From: a virus
Direction: 5' to 3' (one strand)
Length of the DNA stretch: 64,000 nt
Virus genome (UHGV): UHGV-0363627
Position numbers and translations under genes: made by a program. This document shows, piece after piece, positions 58,212 to 64,000 of this stretch. Numbering within the stretch: position 1 is the stretch's first letter; each line of letters starts with the position of its first letter. Under the pieces are notes generated by a model. That model made no database searches. It saw only the letters and a list, made by a program, of their open reading frames with translations, and had not been told where the DNA came from.

Positions 58212-59580
58212 AGTTAGTATAACTCCAAAAGGAGATTACGATGTTAGTCGAGATTATAATATTCTTGATGCTATTAATGATAATGGTAAAACTTTTATCG
58301 CTAGAAAAAATGTTCCAAAAGGAACTCCTACTAATAATAAAGAATATTGGATGGAAATAGCTAGTGGTAAAAATGCTACAATACAAAATGTAACAGCAAG
58401 TGTTGATAATCATATAGGAACGCCAGAATGTATTATAACATTAGAAGGTGATGAATTTAATAGAATTATAAATTTAGAATTTAAAAATTTAAAAGGAGAT
58501 ACTGGTGCTAGTATAAATATTATTTCTAATCTTAACAATGAAAGTGAATTACCTGCTGATGGTAGATATGGAGATAGTTATTTAATTGATGGCAATTTAT
58601 ATTTATATGTTGGAGAAAATGGCAATGTCGCTAGTAATCCAAAATGGCAAAATAGTGGTAGAATTAAATTTAGTTATGAAGATTTTACCCCAGAACAAAT
58701 AGAAGATTTAAAACAACCTGCTTATGATGCTGCCAATGAAATAAAAACAGATTATAATGATAATGTAAAACCAAGTATAACAGAAGCCATTAATAATGCT
58801 AATCAAGCTACTCAAAATACAACTAATGCTATAGAAGAAGCTAACACTCAATCAGATTATGCTAAAGAACAAGGAGATTATGCTAAAGAACAAGCCGATA
58901 GAATTTCTAATTTAGACCTTTCTTTATATAGAGTTGTTATTAATTTACCTAATATACCTAACATGTCTGATGATGATAAAAATAAAATATATCTTAAAGT
59001 ATCAGCAAAACAAGGAGAAAGTAATAAATATGATGAATTTGTAGTAGTTGATGATGCATGGGAATTGTTAGGACAATATGAAGCTGCTATTGATTTAACT
59101 GAATATGTTGGTAAGACTGAATTAAGTAATGAAATAGCTACATTACCTAAACTTGATAATATCTCTAAATTTGTTTGCATTAATGAAAATGGAAAAGTTG
59201 CAGGAATAATGACAAAAGAGCAGGTTGCATCAGTAATGTCAAGTATTTTAGGAACTGTTTTATTTCATTTTGAAATAAACTTTAGTAGTACTCAGTATGG
59301 TGGTGGTGAAATTAATGATAGATATACATATAAATCACCAGGAATAGAATTTTCTATATCAGATTATACCGTAAACGGATTTAAAGTAAATCATAATATT
59401 GGTTCTAAGAAATACGCTATTACTATTGCTAAATCATCAAATGCATTTAATGGTCTAGAAGGAAAACCTGAAGCTGACATATATTATGCTGAAAATACTG
59501 AAACTTCATTTTATATTATATCTGGGGCAGGTAATAATCCAGCAAATGTTATTATATCTGTAACTGGAATTAAACAATAA
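58183..59580 (+). CDS. tail-associated protein (465 aa)
   Basis: ORF overlapping the previous gene by 29 nt. N/T/E-rich. Confidence 0.4.
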   Translation: MKPIIRKLGKVSITPKGDYDVSRDYNILDAINDNGKTFIARKNVPKGTPTNNKEYWMEIASGKNATIQNVTASVDNHIGTPECIITLEGDEFNRIINLEFKNLKGDTGASINIISNLNNESELPADGRYGDSYLIDGNLYLYVGENGNVASNPKWQNSGRIKFSYEDFTPEQIEDLKQPAYDAANEIKTDYNDNVKPSITEAINNANQATQNTTNAIEEANTQSDYAKEQGDYAKEQADRISNLDLSLYRVVINLPNIPNMSDDDKNKIYLKVSAKQGESNKYDEFVVVDDAWELLGQYEAAIDLTEYVGKTELSNEIATLPKLDNISKFVCINENGKVAGIMTKEQVASVMSSILGTVLFHFEINFSSTQYGGGEINDRYTYKSPGIEFSISDYTVNGFKVNHNIGSKKYAITIAKSSNAFNGLEGKPEADIYYAENTETSFYIISGAGNNPANVIISVTGIKQ

Positions 59581-59837
59581 TTTATTAATAAATTAATAAT
59601 AATATACTTAATATTGATAATAACTTTAATATTTTTTTTTCATGAAAAAGATATATTATAATAGTCTTTATAATTACTTGTTAAACAAGATTGAATATTA
59701 ACTATTAATAGTTATTGTAAATCTAATAATAAATATATTGCAACTAAATCTGATGTAGGCTATTATGCATTGGATGTTATAGATGATGAAATAGTAAAAG
59801 TTATTTTTAAATAATTAATCTTTAAACAATTACAATT

Positions 59838-60071
59838 ATGATTACAAGAAATCATTTACTTTATGCAATTATAGCGATAGCTGTAGCTGCATTGTTTGGT
59901 ATTACATTAAGTATGACAATAGAATGTATGATACCTGTTAGTTTTGTTGCTATTTGTTGTGCTGCTTATGAAGGTATACACAATAATAAAACTTATTGGA
60001 AATCAATAGTAGATGGTGCTGTTCCAGCTATTCTTGGTGGTTTATTAATTTGGTTGTGTTTTGCTTTATGA
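59838..60071 (+). CDS. small membrane protein (77 aa)
   Basis: Two TM helices. Confidence 0.35.
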   Translation: MITRNHLLYAIIAIAVAALFGITLSMTIECMIPVSFVAICCAAYEGIHNNKTYWKSIVDGAVPAILGGLLIWLCFAL

Positions 60072-60400
60072 TAGAAAAGATAATAGACTTGATAATAAAC
60101 AACTTTGATTTTTCTTTTATGCTTGCTATTAATGGACTTACTTATTTTATCATTAAGATTATTGATGATATGAATGGTAAAAAGAAAGTTCCAACTTGGC
60201 AAAAAAGATTAGTATTAGTTGTTTGTATTGGTATAATTACTACTGTTTATATCAAAATAGGATATGGTGATATGAAGATGTTATTAAATAGTGCTATACT
60301 TGCTCCTGTATTTTGGAAGTGGTTAGCTGCTCCTATTTGTGATAAATTAGGTATTAATTATAGAAAAGTTGATGAAGTTATTAATGATAAAAGTGAATAA
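59996..60400 (+). CDS. membrane protein (134 aa)
   Basis: Hydrophobic segments. Overlaps the previous ORF in another frame, so one of the two may be mis-started. Confidence 0.3.
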   Translation: MEINSRWCCSSYSWWFINLVVFCFMIEKIIDLIINNFDFSFMLAINGLTYFIIKIIDDMNGKKKVPTWQKRLVLVVCIGIITTVYIKIGYGDMKMLLNSAILAPVFWKWLAAPICDKLGINYRKVDEVINDKSE

Positions 60401-60425
60401 GTAAAAGTGTAATGATAAGTCATGT

Positions 60426-60444
60426 ATTCCTCTACGGGCAAGCT
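60426..60444 (-). repeat. Motif copy (R) ATTCCTCTACGGGCAAGCT forming the 24-nt loop of a perfect 13-bp hairpin (AATGATAAGTCAT 60411-60423 / ATGACTTATCATT 60448-60460), intergenic
   Basis: Exact consensus. Confidence 0.9.
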
Positions 60445-60648
60445 ACAATGACTTATCATTATATTAGTATTAATCAATTAAATATTACAATTATGAATTG
60501 GAATGTATTTTGTACATAAGTTATTAAATTATTAACAAGAATTGCTGAAGGTGGTGGAACAGGTGGTGGAGTTTCTTCTGATGAATTTAATAAACTTAAA
60601 CAACAAGTTAGTGATATACAATCTGATGTAACAACTGTTGAAACTAAA

Positions 60649-60957
60649 GTGACTAATCTTGAAAATAAAACTAATTTTAAACTTATTAATGAAACAGCTA
60701 CTACTAAAACAATTAGTCCTAATATTTATTATAAATGGGGTGAAGTTGCTGAATTGAATATTACTTTAGGTGATGCAGCTAATGATGATATAGTCAATGA
60801 ATATATGATTGAATTTATTAGTGGAGCAACTGCCACTAAATTAGTTCTTTCTGCTGATTTGAAATATGAAGAACCATTGACTATTGAAGCTAATAAGATT
60901 TATCAGATTAATATAGTTAATAAAATTGTTGTTGATATTAATGTTAGTAATGTATGA
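60649..60957 (+). CDS. Hypothetical fibre-associated protein. The track start is a GTG. The reading frame is open upstream to 60520 (VIKLLTRIAEGGGTGGGVSSDEFNKLKQQV...) with no ATG.
   Basis: In-frame open sequence 60520-60648 encodes a Gly-rich plus coiled-coil N-terminus typical of fibre proteins. Start codon uncertain. Confidence 0.3.
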   Translation: MTNLENKTNFKLINETATTKTISPNIYYKWGEVAELNITLGDAANDDIVNEYMIEFISGATATKLVLSADLKYEEPLTIEANKIYQINIVNKIVVDINVSNV

Positions 60958-62540
60958 GAAGAAGATATTTAAGAAATAGAGCAAGAGGAAATATTATTTA
61001 TCCTGGACTTATAGCCGCTTGGCCAGCAAAAGGTAAATCTAATGATGATGAAGATAAAGCAACTCTTAAAGATTTGACAGGTAATGGACATGATATTACT
61101 TTGAATGGGTTTGCTTTTAGTGAGATGAGTGGGTATGGAGGGTATTCTACAGATTTTAAAAAATGGTCTACTGTTAAAGATAGCGGTGTTTTTGAAAAAC
61201 AATATAATAAAATTGTAATTACTGAATCAAATACCGTCACCAAGGCTTTATTATATTATACTTTTACACTTAATGCAATGAAAGTAAAAGTAACTGGATT
61301 GCAACAAAATCAATCAATTAAATTTGGTAATGATGGTAGTAATTATATAGTAAAAACAATAACTGAAGATGGAACATATGATATAGATTTTACTGATATT
61401 GAAAGTACAAAAGCTAGATGTATAATTCCTGGATTTATTGGAAAATGTAATATAACAATAGAACTTCTTCCTGAATATGAAGGAGCATTAGTCTTTGATG
61501 GTGTAGATGATTATGGTGTTAATGAGGATATGCCTATACAAGATGATTTTACTTTAATATTAAAGACTACCCCTCTTAATTATAATAAAGATTATAATGT
61601 GACTGTTCTATCTAAAGATGCGGGAGATTATAATAATTGTGCTTTTTCGTTAAGATATAGGAGTTATCTTAGTTATGGGCTTGAAAGTGGAAGACAATAC
61701 CCGATAAATTATCCTATTATATATGTAACTCCTACAAACTATAATTCGATTATTGTAAATAAAGGAAATGGAAAAGATACAAATATAATAAATTTAGGTC
61801 GTTTAAGAAATAATATTTATCATGCTAAAATGGCTTTCTACTCTGCCTATCTCTTTGACCATTCTTTAGACGAACAAGAAATCAAATCTTTTATTCGTAA
61901 ATATATTGACCCTGAATATCTTCTTCCATCTGAAATTCCTACTCCTGATTGTTATTATGATTTTAGTCAAGGTAGTAATGATGATGAAAACAGAGATACT
62001 ATTAAGGATTATAGTGGTAATAGAAATGATGCTGTTGCTCATAACTTTGCTTGGAATGAAGAAAGTAGTGGATATAAAGATGGTGCATTAGTATTTGATG
62101 GTATAGATGATTATGTAAGTCTTGATGCTTTTGATAGTGGGTTTAAGACTATGTTTATGCTTGTAAAACCTTTTTCTGCAAATCAAATATTATATGACCA
62201 AAGAGCGATAATCAATAAATACGATTATGCTATATTTACTGATAATAAACCAATAGCATACAATGGTAGAAATATAAATGGTACTTATATTAATAACGAG
62301 TTCAACAATTATCATGGACAGGATGTTATTAACAAAAAACAATTAATAATGGTAAAATCAAAATTAACTCAAATGCATAAACCATATATTGCTTGTAATC
62401 AAAGTAATTCAGATTTTTTTGCTAATATGGCACTTTATAAATTCCTCGGTTTCAAAGAAGCTCTAACAGAAGAACAAATAAATGCCATAATAAAGAAATA
62501 CAATCTCCTTGACGGAGTAGATGAAATCGAAGTAAGTTGA
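60954..62540 (+). CDS. tail fibre / receptor-binding protein with two LamG-like (concanavalin A-like) domains
   Basis: Twice-repeated LamG signature: DLTGNGHDITLNGFAFS...EGALVFDGVDDYGV and IKDYSGNRNDAVAHNFAWN...DGALVFDGIDDYVSL. Confidence 0.5.
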   Translation: MRRRYLRNRARGNIIYPGLIAAWPAKGKSNDDEDKATLKDLTGNGHDITLNGFAFSEMSGYGGYSTDFKKWSTVKDSGVFEKQYNKIVITESNTVTKALLYYTFTLNAMKVKVTGLQQNQSIKFGNDGSNYIVKTITEDGTYDIDFTDIESTKARCIIPGFIGKCNITIELLPEYEGALVFDGVDDYGVNEDMPIQDDFTLILKTTPLNYNKDYNVTVLSKDAGDYNNCAFSLRYRSYLSYGLESGRQYPINYPIIYVTPTNYNSIIVNKGNGKDTNIINLGRLRNNIYHAKMAFYSAYLFDHSLDEQEIKSFIRKYIDPEYLLPSEIPTPDCYYDFSQGSNDDENRDTIKDYSGNRNDAVAHNFAWNEESSGYKDGALVFDGIDDYVSLDAFDSGFKTMFMLVKPFSANQILYDQRAIINKYDYAIFTDNKPIAYNGRNINGTYINNEFNNYHGQDVINKKQLIMVKSKLTQMHKPYIACNQSNSDFFANMALYKFLGFKEALTEEQINAIIKKYNLLDGVDEIEVS

Positions 62541-62561
62541 AACAATTAAATTAAAAGAAAT

Positions 62562-62831
62562 ATGAAGTTTATCATACTACCAATAGAAGACGCTAAAATA
62601 ATCTTTAGCGAAAAAGAACTTGAAACTCATAGAAAGAGTATTGATGGAAATGAAGTAATAGTTCATGAAGAAACTTTACTAGAGAAAAGAAAAACACTTG
62701 AATTTAGAGAACTTCCAACTGATACAGATGGTACTATTCAATGGACTTATCCGAGCTATGAATATAATACGGATGAACTTAATAATTTGTTGGAAAGTGA
62801 TGAATGGAGTAGTAAGGAGGAAATAATATGA
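62562..62831 (+). CDS. hypothetical protein (89 aa)
   Basis: ORF. Confidence 0.35.
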   Translation: MKFIILPIEDAKIIFSEKELETHRKSIDGNEVIVHEETLLEKRKTLEFRELPTDTDGTIQWTYPSYEYNTDELNNLLESDEWSSKEEII

Positions 62832-63058
62832 TAAATGGTATTGTTAATAAAGTAGGTGTAGATAAAATTCTACATCTACTTGTTTGCTTAAGTCTTACTT
62901 TAGAACTTAGAAGATTTATTGATTTATGGATTGCTATTATAATAGTATTTATTATAGCAATTAGCAAAGAAGTATATGACAAAGTAAGCAAGAAAGGAAT
63001 GTGTGATTATAAAGATATAATCGCAGATTGTATTGGAATTATTATTGGTTGTATTTAA
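62828..63058 (+). CDS. small membrane protein (76 aa)
   Basis: Two hydrophobic helices. Confidence 0.35.
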   Translation: MINGIVNKVGVDKILHLLVCLSLTLELRRFIDLWIAIIIVFIIAISKEVYDKVSKKGMCDYKDIIADCIGIIIGCI

Positions 63059-63071
63059 AAATTAAATTATT

Positions 63072-64000
63072 ATGGACACAATACCTATTTCAACAAATAG
63101 CGACCAAAGAATTGGTATTCAATTTAGAAAGAAAAATCGTTTACCTATTAATCCTAATGATGTACACATTAAAGGTAAACTTTATACTAATCCTAATACT
63201 CCTTTTGAATTTGAATTAAATAAAGGAGCTCTTACTAATTGTACTATTAAAGATAATATTGTTTGGTTTAATATAACTCCTAATTTTAAATCAGGTACTG
63301 TTGTTTTTGAAGGTTATAGATTTACATCATCCGAAGATGTATTAGGCAAATATATTAAACAAGAACTTGATATTAATATTACATCTAATACTGATGTTCG
63401 TAATCTTCAAGATTATGCTGTTGCTGATGTTATATTATATGGAGAAGAGTCAGATGCCACTGAACCTATCAACCCAACAGATGTAAATAAAATAGTACAA
63501 GATTATCTTACAACTAATTTGCCTGGTTTAGTAACAAATTTAATTCAAACTAGTGTTGTAAATGAAGTAACAAAACAACTAGCTGATAATTTAACAGGAA
63601 AAATAGATACAGAAGTTATTAATAAAATAAATAGCATACTTCCTAAAATTGTTGTTAATGCCATTAATACAAAAATAGCTTCTGATGATTTAGCTAAAAA
63701 TAATTTAGAAGATGTTGATTTAGCTAAATTATTAGAAAAAGGTAACGCTGCTGGTTTAGCTTCTAAAGATTTATCTAATGTAAAAAGTAATTCTATAGTA
63801 AGTAGAATTAGTACTTCGGATGCTGATAATCTTGTTAAAAATACTCCCGCTTTTGAAGCTTTGAGTAAATCTCAACATGATGCAGTTAAAGGTAAAACTA
63901 AAGATGAAATTAAAGCATTGTTTTATACCAATAGATATGAAACACAAACTGCAATAGATTTATCTCAAGCTCCTTACAAAGATGTTACAACTTTATTATT
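63072..64000 (+). CDS. tail fibre-like protein, 3' partial (open to window end; not in the supplied ORF track)
   Basis: ATG at 63072. Frame verified open by hand through 64000 (more than 309 aa). N/T/D-rich with repetitive K.I motifs. Confidence 0.5.
   Translation, partial: MDTIPISTNSDQRIGIQFRKKNRLPINPNDVHIKGKLYTNPNTPFEFELNKGALTNCTIKDNIVWFNITPNFKSGTVVFEGYRFTSSEDVLGKYIKQELDINITSNTDVRNLQDYAVADVILYGEESDATEPINPTDVNKIVQDYLTTNLPGLVTNLIQTSVVNEVTKQLADNLTGKIDTEVINKINSILPKIVVNAINTKIASDDLAKNNLEDVDLAKLLEKGNAAGLASKDLSNVKSNSIVSRISTSDADNLVKNTPAFEALSKSQHDAVKGKTKDEIKALFYTNRYETQTAIDLSQAPYKDVTTLL

Noticed and set aside
742-60444. Dispersed motif as a phage promoter or terminator consensus
   Set aside because: Copies occur in both orientations relative to transcription and in the middle of long essential genes. 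Real terminators found here are different sequences, although two copies lie adjacent to terminators.
1-64000. tRNA genes, integrase or attachment sites, alternative genetic code
   Set aside because: No cloverleaf-compatible GC-rich 70-90-nt segment was spotted by eye. No tyrosine or serine recombinase motifs. All long ORFs are intact in the standard code, so TAG/TGA recoding is not needed here. A proper tRNAscan or covariance search was not possible.

Overview
This is an AT-rich (about 30% GC) window from a tailed dsDNA phage with a crAss-like (Crassvirales-type) layout. It has three parts.

1. A giant virion-type ORF on the + strand (open from the window start to 6943).
2. A long minus-strand replication and nucleotide-metabolism block (7.3-38.1 kb). 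Recognisable genes are dUTPase, ThyX-like thymidylate synthase, dNMP-kinase-like, ATP-dependent DNA ligase, TOPRIM primase, family-B DNA polymerase, Dda/RecD-like helicase, SSB-like proteins, glutaredoxin-like protein, an HNH-AP2 homing endonuclease and many small Zn-ribbon ORFs.
3. After a ~0.9 kb divergent switch region, a plus-strand late block (39-64 kb). It contains a lysis cassette (GH108 muramidase, holin-like, spanin-like), large terminase, portal, scaffold-like protein, major capsid protein, head proteins, a 991-aa BACON-repeat tail protein, a double LamG-like fibre protein and a further partial fibre gene at the window end.

The standard genetic code suffices; no TAG/TGA recoding is needed.

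The most striking thing I can see is a 22-24 nt GC-rich motif, consensus tGTAGCTTGCCCGTAG(A)GGAATG, present in at least 25 copies on both strands. Copies sit in intergenic hairpins and inside protein-coding genes in all three reading frames, as apparently in-frame 18-36 nt insertions. Several are flanked by short direct repeats resembling target-site duplications, and several sit exactly in the loop of a perfect inverted-repeat hairpin. I cannot assign this to any element family I know. A transposase/nuclease partner, if one exists, is not obvious in this window.

Also present:
- two related group I introns, one splitting the polB gene and one carrying a GIY-YIG homing endonuclease that splits the Dda-like helicase gene;
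- a duplicated gene-plus-upstream cassette with a 58-nt near-identical repeat;
- a ~620 bp non-coding pyrimidine-rich (on the transcribed strand) locus with tandem 12-mers;
- several rho-independent terminators.

No tRNA, CRISPR array or integrase was recognised.
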